From a virus: a stretch of DNA of 64,000 nucleotides. The stretch spans positions 1-64,000 of the IMG/VR virus record IMGVR_UViG_3300043313_001040. One strand, given 5' to 3'. Positions 27,700-35,569 of this stretch are shown here, piece after piece. The notes beneath the pieces are model-generated. The model searched no databases and was not told the DNA's origin. It saw only the letters and a list, made by a program, of their open reading frames with translations. The position numbers and the translations under genes are program-made. Each line of letters opens with the position of its first letter. Position 1 is the stretch's first letter.

Positions 27700-28445
27700 A
27701 TAACGACACCTGCTCCCAACACACCATTGCTGATGCGCTGGGAGCAAGCGGTCGGGTAGTTGACTGTCACTCAACTCCCGACATTGCTGATCTTGCCTAC
27801 TACAGTGGGCACTCACGGTGCTCTGCGCTTTTGCTTCTCACGCTTCACTGCTCTTCCGAGTCCGGTTGATTACGGCATACCCATACCAGGTTTGGACTGG
27901 CTTTGGTGTTGCTGGCGGTCGGCCCTCCCGGGTGACGATGCTACTCGTCCCGACACAGCTAATCCGTAATTCGGCAAGATTCTTGAATGTAATCTCCTGC
28001 ACTGACCACGAACCACTCGTGGCTGATGTTCTCTTCTGCACTCCATAGTTAACAGTCGCATATTGTTGGCGTTCAGAACTCCGATGGGAGCCAGGAAGTT
28101 TCTCTCAGGAAACCTTATCCTATCTCCATCCCGCATACTGCGGGGGCCCGGCGATGCAGTAACATCACCCGTTTAGTCTGGCCTTCATCTCGTCTGTGTG
28201 CCATTTTAGCGGAACACTCCACTTCAGAGATTACACTTTTTAGGAACCATCGTCAGCTACAGTCATATGAATTCAGGATGCGCGTCTACTCGCTAAGCGC
28301 CTCTCCGTGGAGTCTCCGGGCGTCTGCCGGTTAGACCTTTATAGGACAAGGTTATGCCTAGCGAAGTGATCCGAGTTACTCCGGGTTCACTTGCTACTCG
28401 CTAACATCCTGAATGACCATCAATGGTGACGACCATCCCTAATTA
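27700..28445 (-). ncRNA. putative large structured ncRNA / leader RNA (~750 nt)
   Basis: no credible ORF; nested long-range helices 28241-28255/28427-28441 (G-U pairs only on the minus strand), 28271-28280/28405-28414, 27988-27996/28227-28235, 27869-27875/27964-27970, plus 3' hairpins. Confidence 0.65.
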
Positions 28446-28447
28446 AA

Positions 28448-28480
28448 TTTTCAAAGAACTGGCGATGTCCGAGAACATCG
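28448..28480 (-). promoter_or_regulatory. boxB-like hairpin plus boxA antitermination element
   Basis: minus strand CGATGT-TCTCGG-ACATCG hairpin then AGTTCTTTGAAAA. Confidence 0.65.
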
Positions 28481-28498
28481 TCTGCTACCTATGCAAAA

Positions 28499-28527
28499 CG
28501 AAAAAAGGCCAAGGTTTCCCCTGGCCT
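28499..28527 (-). terminator. intrinsic terminator downstream of terS
   Basis: AGGCCAGGG-GAAA-CCTTGGCC-TTTTTT. Confidence 0.75.
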
Positions 28528-28607
28528 ACTCGTATTATGCATACTAAGACAAAATTAAAAAAAATTTTGCCTTGATCCGGCCCAAAAACCGGTCTGAAAA
28601 AAACGAC

Positions 28608-29186
28608 CTAAACTTTGGAGGTCGGCCACTCCTTCTCGTGAATCGCGATTAAAGCTTCGTCGACTGCTTCACGCAGGAGCAGCTCGATCTCTTCCTTGGG
28701 ACGCATCTCAACAACCGGTGCCATCTTTGACGGCAGCGACAGCATGATTGTGCGGACCGCTGTCATCGCCTTGGAGACCCACAGCTTGCAGTCGTCGTTC
28801 GTGTGGTATTGGCCGAGCCGAATCTTTTGCTCCAGCTCCAGGCGCTCGCATACTGCAGTAAGTTTTCGAATCTCCAGCTCTGACTTCATCGGAGACGGCG
28901 GCTCGCTTCCGCCTAACGAACTAACCTTGCCGGTCTCGTCCATCCAGGCTTTCCATGCGAGCACGTTGTAGAGGCCCTTTCTTCGCCCCGGGCATCCGCT
29001 CTCACGTGTCCAGCGATTCACCGTTTCACGCGCGATCCCCAGCGCGTCGGCCAGGTCTTGCTGGGTGCTAACAAAACTTTCCTCATCGTCTTCGCTCTCC
29101 GTCATCTTGGCCAAATCAGCGTCCGACATCTTCACGTCCTTCATCGCTTTACGAAGGCGCTTGCTTGTTGCTTCTTTTGTGGGCAT
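28608..29186 (-). CDS. terS: terminase small subunit (lambda Nu1-like)
   Basis: wHTH TQQDLADALGIARETVNRW...GCP; coiled coil ERLELE...GQY; LSLPSKMAP. Confidence 0.75.
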   Translation of the reverse strand: MPTKEATSKRLRKAMKDVKMSDADLAKMTESEDDEESFVSTQQDLADALGIARETVNRWTRESGCPGRRKGLYNVLAWKAWMDETGKVSSLGGSEPPSPMKSELEIRKLTAVCERLELEQKIRLGQYHTNDDCKLWVSKAMTAVRTIMLSLPSKMAPVVEMRPKEEIELLLREAVDEALIAIHEKEWPTSKV

Positions 29187-29204
29187 ACGTTATGTCTTAC
29201 GCCA

Positions 29205-31010
29205 ATGGATATTATCGAGCAAGCTATTCGTGACGCTTGCACTCCAGCAGATAGACGGCCGCCGTGGAAATGGGCCGAGGATTATTGTTACGTCGCGACC
29301 TCACCGTTCCCCGGCAAATGGCGCTCTGATAACTCGCCCTGGGTAAAGGAACTCATGGAGTCCTTCGCTGATGGTGTCGTTAAAACGATCTCGGTCATGT
29401 GCTCTGCTCAGTCGGCCAAGACTGAGACCATGCTCGTCATGCTGAACTGGATCATCAGCGAAGATCCAGGCCCGACCATGTGGGTCACGAGTAACGACGA
29501 CGAAGCCCTCAAGTTCTGCATCGAGCGGCTCATGCCGACTCTCAACTCATGCGACAAAGTTCGCGAGCTGATGCCGAAGAATCTGACCGGCTCCATCGAC
29601 CGCAGAAAAGCCAAGGCACAGGAGATTCACTTCCCCCGAATGACGCTGGAAGTTATCGGCTCCAACTCCGAGTCGAAGCTGCAGTCTAAGCCGCGCCGCT
29701 GGCTACTGATGGACGAGGTTCGCAACTGGCCGGATGGCGCACTGCCGATGGTGCTCAAACGAACCCGCGCCTATTACAACGCCAAGCGCATCATCATCTC
29801 GACGCCCAAAGATCAGCATGATGCGGTGCACCAGAACTTCATCCAGGGCGACCAGAGGCATTGGCACATTTCGTGCCCCAAGTGCGGTCATGATCAGGTA
29901 ATGACCTGGGAAAAAATTAAGTGGGACGAAAACGGGGTCACAAGGCCTAACGGATTGTGGGACTTCGATGAGATGGCTAAGACCATCCGCTTCGAATGCG
30001 AGAAGAACAAATGCCAGATTACGGACAACCCCGTCGACCGCCGACACTTCGCTCGTAACGGAAAGTGGGTGCCGCACAACCGGCTGGCTCCAAAACACTA
30101 TAGGTCCTACTGCTGGAATGCGCTGATCCCAACCTGGGTTCGCTGGCGCGATCTCGTGGAGGAATTCATCAATGCGAACAAAGCTCTGTCATGGGGGGAC
30201 CCGGAGCCGCTCAAGACCTTCGTGAACGAAACACTGGGCGAACCGTGGGAAGATCGTATGCAATGGGGCGATGATTCCGCATACTTGGAAGCTCGCAAGG
30301 CCGACTACCGCATGGGCGAAGCCTGGGCCGATGAGAAGACCCGCTTCATTGGTGTCGACGTTCAGAAGGACTATCTGCGTTACGTGGTCCGCGCATTCGC
30401 TGATGGCGGCCGCTCGCGGCTCATTGACTATGGCACGCTGAAGAATTTCGATGATCTGAAGGGAAAGATCGCCGAGCTGCACGTCGACCCAGATAACGTC
30501 ATCCTGGATGCGGCCCACAAGACGCCGGACGTTTATAAAGCTGTCATCGACTCCGGTTACACGTGGAAGCCGTTCTGGGGCGACGACCGCGTTTACTTTA
30601 CTCTGAAGGGCGTTAAATCTGTCTGGACGGTCAACACCGTCGATCCGTTCATTGGCACCCGTTACGAGGGGCGCGCCCAGCCGATCCGGTTGTTTCACTG
30701 GAGCAATCCGTCGATCAAGGACACGCTCATGATGATGATGCAGGGGAAATCTTCCCAGTGGGAGATCCCAAAGCACGTCGGCCAGGATTACGTCCTGGAA
30801 GTGACGGCCGAATACCGACAGGAAGTCGTCGACCTGCGCGGACAGATTCGTTATAAATACGCCAGGAAGCGTAAGGAAAACCACGCATTCGACTGCGAGT
30901 GCATGATCCTCACGGCGGCCATCATCAACCGCCTCGTCGGTCTACCGGAACCCTTGGAGAGGGCCCCGGTAGAACCGATGGCTAAAGAGGAGACTTTCGC
31001 TGCGTTGTGA
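29205..31010 (+). CDS. terL: terminase large subunit (lambda GpA family); start trimmed to MDIIEQ
   Basis: WAE..PGKW; SAQSAKTE; MDEV; ISTP; GDQR...CPKCGH; FVNETLGEPWE; GVDVQ; ENHAFDCE. Confidence 0.95.
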   Translation: MDIIEQAIRDACTPADRRPPWKWAEDYCYVATSPFPGKWRSDNSPWVKELMESFADGVVKTISVMCSAQSAKTETMLVMLNWIISEDPGPTMWVTSNDDEALKFCIERLMPTLNSCDKVRELMPKNLTGSIDRRKAKAQEIHFPRMTLEVIGSNSESKLQSKPRRWLLMDEVRNWPDGALPMVLKRTRAYYNAKRIIISTPKDQHDAVHQNFIQGDQRHWHISCPKCGHDQVMTWEKIKWDENGVTRPNGLWDFDEMAKTIRFECEKNKCQITDNPVDRRHFARNGKWVPHNRLAPKHYRSYCWNALIPTWVRWRDLVEEFINANKALSWGDPEPLKTFVNETLGEPWEDRMQWGDDSAYLEARKADYRMGEAWADEKTRFIGVDVQKDYLRYVVRAFADGGRSRLIDYGTLKNFDDLKGKIAELHVDPDNVILDAAHKTPDVYKAVIDSGYTWKPFWGDDRVYFTLKGVKSVWTVNTVDPFIGTRYEGRAQPIRLFHWSNPSIKDTLMMMMQGKSSQWEIPKHVGQDYVLEVTAEYRQEVVDLRGQIRYKYARKRKENHAFDCECMILTAAIINRLVGLPEPLERAPVEPMAKEETFAAL

Positions 31011-31028
31011 ATTTGCAGCACGCTGCAA

Positions 31029-31271
31029 TCAGCCTTCGTCGCCAACGATGTTTGCTAGACTTCGGATGAGTCGGCCGGTGATCAAAACGACGTATTTCTG
31101 ACCAGCCTCGTTCTCGAACACCAGGTCAACCGTTGAGAGGTCTTCCGTGGTGCCGTGTCGAACGACATTGGCATGGTCGATCTTCGCCGCCAGGAATTCC
31201 GGTGGCCGGAATATTGGCGCTTTGGATGGATGATCGAAGACGTTTACTTTGAGATCAGTCTGACCACTCAC
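31029..31271 (-). CDS. hypothetical protein
   Basis: 80-aa ORF coupled to the upstream gene; GT...TVDLVF..E.GQKYV. Confidence 0.65.
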   Translation of the reverse strand: MSGQTDLKVNVFDHPSKAPIFRPPEFLAAKIDHANVVRHGTTEDLSTVDLVFENEAGQKYVVLITGRLIRSLANIVGDEG

Positions 31272-31861
31272 GAGATCAGCCGGGAGTGGATGTTAGCCAC
31301 ACCTGAGAGCATCCGAGCACAGGTTTCTTTCCTCTCTGAAGACCAATCTTCGAGCGGTGATTGCTCGAATTCGTCGGCGAAATACCGCTCGATCTTGGCC
31401 GCCCAGGTTACGAACGATTCCCGTTTCTCGTCCTTCTTCTTCTTCTTGGCTGGGTCGTTGTCGTCGCACAGCTTTAGGACATCGCGAATGCTCTCGCATT
31501 TCTCAATTTCCGATGCGTGCTTTGCCATCGCCTCGCTGACCTTCATGTAATTGTAGGCCGTGCGCTGCGAGAACTCGAAGGTTTCCGCCAGCCATTCCGT
31601 GAAGTTTTTATCCTTCGGGAGCTGGACTTTCGCTGCTAGGAGAAGCTGTCCGGCGCGGGCAGCGGCGATTACCGCTCTACCCATCTGACCAATCGCCGCT
31701 TTGTGGCTCTGCTTGATTTCTTCCGTAAGGGCTTCGATGCCTTCCGGAACCTCTGAGGAGAGAAGACTTAAGTCGACTGCGGGCGCGTCCTTGGACAACC
31801 TGTCCGCTTTGGTGATCCGACCTACGGCACCTTTGGTGCCTTTCCTTGTGAATTCTGCCAT
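31268..31861 (-). CDS. DUF3102-domain protein
   Basis: AGQLLLAAK..LP...FTEWL...FSQRTAYNYMKV. Confidence 0.8.
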   Translation of the reverse strand: MAEFTRKGTKGAVGRITKADRLSKDAPAVDLSLLSSEVPEGIEALTEEIKQSHKAAIGQMGRAVIAAARAGQLLLAAKVQLPKDKNFTEWLAETFEFSQRTAYNYMKVSEAMAKHASEIEKCESIRDVLKLCDDNDPAKKKKKDEKRESFVTWAAKIERYFADEFEQSPLEDWSSERKETCARMLSGVANIHSRLIS

Positions 31862-32298
31862 ACTAATTCTGCCCTTTCTTTTGTTGCTGCTGTTTTTTGT
31901 CTGATTCGCTCGATCCGCTCTAGCTGGTGCTTCTTATAGCTCAGCCGAGCTTGCGGCGATTTTTGTGCCCTGGTAATGGGGAGCTGAAAGTCTTTCTGGA
32001 ACTTGAGAACGTGCTTGTCGAACGCCTGTTTGCTGATCCCGTGCTTGGCGGCAAACTGGGTGTAAGAGCATCCTTGGTATAATGGAATGCCGATAGCCGC
32101 TATGGCAACATCAATTTTGAGCCGGTAATCAGTGCTGTCGATTACCAGCGCGATGAACTTCAGCAATGCGACTGATGCCTGCATCGGCTCCGAAGAGAAG
32201 GATTCTGTCGACGGCGATTCGTCCAGGGAGTCATAATCGAACCCACAACTCGCCTGCGGATAGTCGGCGGGGTCACCGCCCTGATACGACGAATGCAT
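31822..32298 (-). CDS. sigma-region-4-like HTH protein, candidate late regulator
   Basis: SYTQFAAKHGISKQAFDKHVLKF. Confidence 0.55.
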   Translation of the reverse strand: MHSSYQGGDPADYPQASCGFDYDSLDESPSTESFSSEPMQASVALLKFIALVIDSTDYRLKIDVAIAAIGIPLYQGCSYTQFAAKHGISKQAFDKHVLKFQKDFQLPITRAQKSPQARLSYKKHQLERIERIRQKTAATKERAELVWQNSQGKAPKVP

Positions 32299-32309
32299 CC
32301 GTTATGATG

Positions 32310-32359
32310 TTGACATCGCTGCGAGGGCAAGCTATTCACGAGCGATTCCGGTGTGTCAA
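32310..32359. promoter_or_regulatory. face-to-face TTGACA boxes, candidate divergent promoters
   Basis: plus: TTGACA(32310)-17-TATTCA; minus: TTGACAC at 32353-32359. Confidence 0.45.
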
Positions 32360-32386
32360 CGATTTTTTTCATAAAGACCACAATAT

Positions 32387-32632
32387 ATGGATGACTGGCT
32401 GATCATTTATCGCACATATAGTGCCGAGGAGCTGGCCGCCGAGATTCAATTCCTCAAAGAAGAGCTGGCCAATCCTTACTCGGCCCAGGGGCTCGGTAGC
32501 CAGTCCGCCCAGCGTGATCTTAATGCTTTGAAGAACCGATTGTCGTCCGCTCTCCGGGTAGTCAGCGAGCGTGGCGGCGTTCGGCTCATCCAGGATAGTG
32601 TGGTTGATTTTAGCCGGGGACTTAACATCTAA
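32387..32632 (+). CDS. head-tail joining protein (gpW-like)
   Basis: small ORF just before portal; YSAQGLGSQSAQRDL. Confidence 0.65.
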   Translation: MDDWLIIYRTYSAEELAAEIQFLKEELANPYSAQGLGSQSAQRDLNALKNRLSSALRVVSERGGVRLIQDSVVDFSRGLNI

Positions 32633-34179
32633 TGCTTACGAAACTCGAAAGATCGGTTCACACCGCAATCGAACGGGTAATCGCTCTCGCCAGTCCGCGC
32701 GAGGCCGCTCGACGACAATACGAACGCAAGGTTTACGAGTTCGGTTATGACGCGGCCAGTCCCGGCCGAGCCCGCCAATCAAAAGGCAGCGGACTGTGGA
32801 ATGCCGCATCCGAGAATCTCCAGAACAACCGTGATCGCGTAAAGATGATGTGGGAGGTCCGCGACCTGGTTCAAAATTATTCGTTCATTAAATCCATACT
32901 GCTGAAGGAGGCAATGTATGTCTGCGGCAAAATCCAGTATCAAGCCAACACCGGGGACCCCCAGGCCGATAGCGCCATCGAAGAATACTGGAATTACTGG
33001 TGCAAAAACTGCGACCTCACTGGCCGCCACGTCTTCCGGCAACTCATCCAGCTCATGCACGTCGGGATGCGCCGCGATGGAGATTCCGGTTTCATCCTCG
33101 TGGCTCAAGGTCCCGACCTCAAACTTCAAACCGTCGAAGCCGACCGCATCGGTAATCCGAATCAAGCGGGAACATCTGAGCAAAACTATTTCGGCGGGAT
33201 CAAGGTCAACGAGCTAGGCCAGGTTATCTATTACCGAATCTTCACCCGCAACATTCATGGACAATACTCCGATCCCACTGAGGTTCCGCCTGACAGCTTT
33301 GTTCACTATTTTGATCCTCTCCGGAGTGACCAATACCGGGGCATCACGGCTTTCGACACCGCTATACCTCATGCGCGAGACCTCTACGAACTTCTTCAAA
33401 TGGAGAAGCTTGCGGTTAAATGGGCCAGCGCCCAGACCGGCATCATCACCAAACAGGACCCATCCCTTACTGAGTGGAAGACCGGTGACCTCACGGCAAA
33501 GGGCACACCTGTCGAGTCCGTAGAAGCTGGGAAACTTCATCGACTGCTTCCAGGAGAAAATGTTACGCCTTTCCCTGGTTCGAACCGGCCAAGTGCGACA
33601 TTTAATGGATTCGTTACCACTCTTGTTCGTGAAATGGCTAATGGACTGAACCTGCCGTTTTCTTTTGTTTGGGACCCAAGCACGCTCGGTGGAGCGACTG
33701 CCCGGCTGGAGTCTGCCCAAACTCAGCGTTGTTTCGCTCGTCACCAAAATCTCCTCACCGAGCAGGTGCTCGATAAGATCAAGAACGCGGTCCTCACCCG
33801 GGCTATCGCATTCAAGCTGATCCCACCAGTTCAAACCTATCGCCAGGGCATGTGGCAGTTCCCGGCGCACATCACCGCTGACGTGGGATACCAGACTCAA
33901 GCCGACCTCGCCATGCTGTCCCAGGGCCTCAAAACTCGTTCTGACATCTACGGAGAAATGGGCCTCGACTTCGAAGAACAGACGCGCGTTCTCGCCAGCG
34001 AGATTCAGTATTACCAGCGAATCGCAGCGGAGACCGGTGTGCCCATCGAGCTGCTCACCCAAGGCCTTCCGAATGCTTCGATGATGTTGGCCCAGATGCA
34101 GCAGGCACAGGAAGCAACCATGGCAGGCAAAAAGGCTCCAGTAATTCAGTTCCGACCCGAGTCTTCGAAGACTGGCTAG
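32632..34179 (+). CDS. portal protein (lambda gpB family)
   Basis: YDAA; RDLVQN; RDGD; VEADRI; HYFDPLRSDQYRGIT; RPS..F..F. Confidence 0.92.
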   Translation: MLTKLERSVHTAIERVIALASPREAARRQYERKVYEFGYDAASPGRARQSKGSGLWNAASENLQNNRDRVKMMWEVRDLVQNYSFIKSILLKEAMYVCGKIQYQANTGDPQADSAIEEYWNYWCKNCDLTGRHVFRQLIQLMHVGMRRDGDSGFILVAQGPDLKLQTVEADRIGNPNQAGTSEQNYFGGIKVNELGQVIYYRIFTRNIHGQYSDPTEVPPDSFVHYFDPLRSDQYRGITAFDTAIPHARDLYELLQMEKLAVKWASAQTGIITKQDPSLTEWKTGDLTAKGTPVESVEAGKLHRLLPGENVTPFPGSNRPSATFNGFVTTLVREMANGLNLPFSFVWDPSTLGGATARLESAQTQRCFARHQNLLTEQVLDKIKNAVLTRAIAFKLIPPVQTYRQGMWQFPAHITADVGYQTQADLAMLSQGLKTRSDIYGEMGLDFEEQTRVLASEIQYYQRIAAETGVPIELLTQGLPNASMMLAQMQQAQEATMAGKKAPVIQFRPESSKTG

Positions 34180-34200
34180 GTTGACGCCGTTTACAATAAC

Positions 34201-35148
34201 ATGATGACCTCTGGCGGCATTCCAATCTCCGGGCCAATCGCAGCCAGGATTTTGAAGCGCGTCAAAGGTCCGCGCAAGGCAGCCAAACGTGTCGCCACCG
34301 TTTTGTCGCGCATTGTCGATCCAATGGAAATGTCGGCTATCCTCAAGACTGTCGAGTTCGCTAAATCCTGGGCAGACACAGATCCCACGAGCTGGGGGGA
34401 CGTTTACGGATCGGTTAGCGAAACCGGCCGCCGCAAGCGCGGCATCGTTCATCAGGTCGTTGGTAATGCGGAATATGGTGCTCGCTGGGCCGGTGACCTT
34501 TACGACGTGTCCAGGCGCAACCGGTCCGAAAGCGGCCGAGCCGGGAAGTTTAAGATTACCGAGAACTCACCGAATACCGCCCGTATTACCGTGGGTCCTG
34601 ACCAACGCGAACGTCGGAAGAAATACGTCTGGGAGCGCGTGGGGGTGCAACGGCAGATTGCAGCCGTTGGGCTGGCCGCTACTCTGGTTGGGGGTGCAAA
34701 GCTGCATCAGGTTTTAACAAAAGCTGGTGAAGGCAGCGCCCTTGTTGGCATAAAAAACATTGCCAAACGGGCGGCTTACGGAGTCCGCAGTGGCGTCAGC
34801 AAAGCGGTCGGTGGCGGCTCTATTTCAGAACCAGTTCTGGAGCATGGCCCACAGCATGTCGCTGCCCAAATGGCTGCTGATTTGGCCAGTCAAAAAGAGA
34901 AAAAATCACAGTCCGCAGCGAAGAGCATAGCTACAAAATTGACCAGGTATGGTGAAGGGTCAAAGAAGGTTCTACCCTTCAAGACTGCTACCGGGGACGT
35001 CGTTCCATCTGGACATCCTGAAGCCGTTGAGCCCCACTTGACACCCGATCCTAAAACTGGAGAACTGAAGCACCGTAAGAAAACTTTCCGCAAAGAAGCG
35101 TTCGACTTTCCAGGAGGCAATCCGATTCCATTTAGAAAATCCAACTAA
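34201..35148 (+). CDS. basic putative internal head/ejection protein
   Basis: between portal and protease; Gly/Ala hydrophobic segment IAAVGLAATLVGG. Confidence 0.6.
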   Translation: MMTSGGIPISGPIAARILKRVKGPRKAAKRVATVLSRIVDPMEMSAILKTVEFAKSWADTDPTSWGDVYGSVSETGRRKRGIVHQVVGNAEYGARWAGDLYDVSRRNRSESGRAGKFKITENSPNTARITVGPDQRERRKKYVWERVGVQRQIAAVGLAATLVGGAKLHQVLTKAGEGSALVGIKNIAKRAAYGVRSGVSKAVGGGSISEPVLEHGPQHVAAQMAADLASQKEKKSQSAAKSIATKLTRYGEGSKKVLPFKTATGDVVPSGHPEAVEPHLTPDPKTGELKHRKKTFRKEAFDFPGGNPIPFRKSN

Positions 35149-35149
35149 C

Positions 35150-35569
35150 ATGAACCTTACACCCAATCAGCAGAAACGTGTCGTAACTGAATTTTCGGTC
35201 CTGGAGCAACGCCTGGACATGGTGCTGTTCGCCAAACGAGACGACGACGATGATGATGGCTTTCCTTACGTGAAAACTGGCCTGGCCGGAGCTGGAGCTG
35301 CAGGTTTGGGATACGGTGGATATGCAGTTGCCCAGCGCGGCGCTCGCGTCAATGGTGCTCCTTTACCAGGAACCGTCATGGGACCAGGCATCGGCTATGG
35401 CATGAATTCGATTCCTGGGCCAATAGGTCCTTCGGCACCAAAGGGATTTTTCAATAATCTCGGCACGGGCGCTAAAGCCGTAGGAACCGACATCGCGGAA
35501 TCACCCGTGATTCGCAACCTTCGTGCCCTGCTGAAAGGCGGAGTCAGAAAAGCAGCCAAGGCCCTGTAA
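35150..35569 (+). CDS. putative internal head protein
   Basis: GLAGAGAAGLGYGGY glycine-zipper segment. Confidence 0.6.
   Translation: MNLTPNQQKRVVTEFSVLEQRLDMVLFAKRDDDDDDGFPYVKTGLAGAGAAGLGYGGYAVAQRGARVNGAPLPGTVMGPGIGYGMNSIPGPIGPSAPKGFFNNLGTGAKAVGTDIAESPVIRNLRALLKGGVRKAAKAL

Noticed and set aside
27631-28136. Short ORFs in the ORF track within the structured region
   Set aside because: They lack RBS/leader motifs, have atypical composition, and overlap in conflicting frames.
27700-28445. Group I/II intron, RNase P or tmRNA identity for the structured region
   Set aside because: CAGACUAAAC resembles a group I P7 strand, but I found no convincing partner or interrupted gene, and no domain V, RNase P or tmRNA hallmarks.
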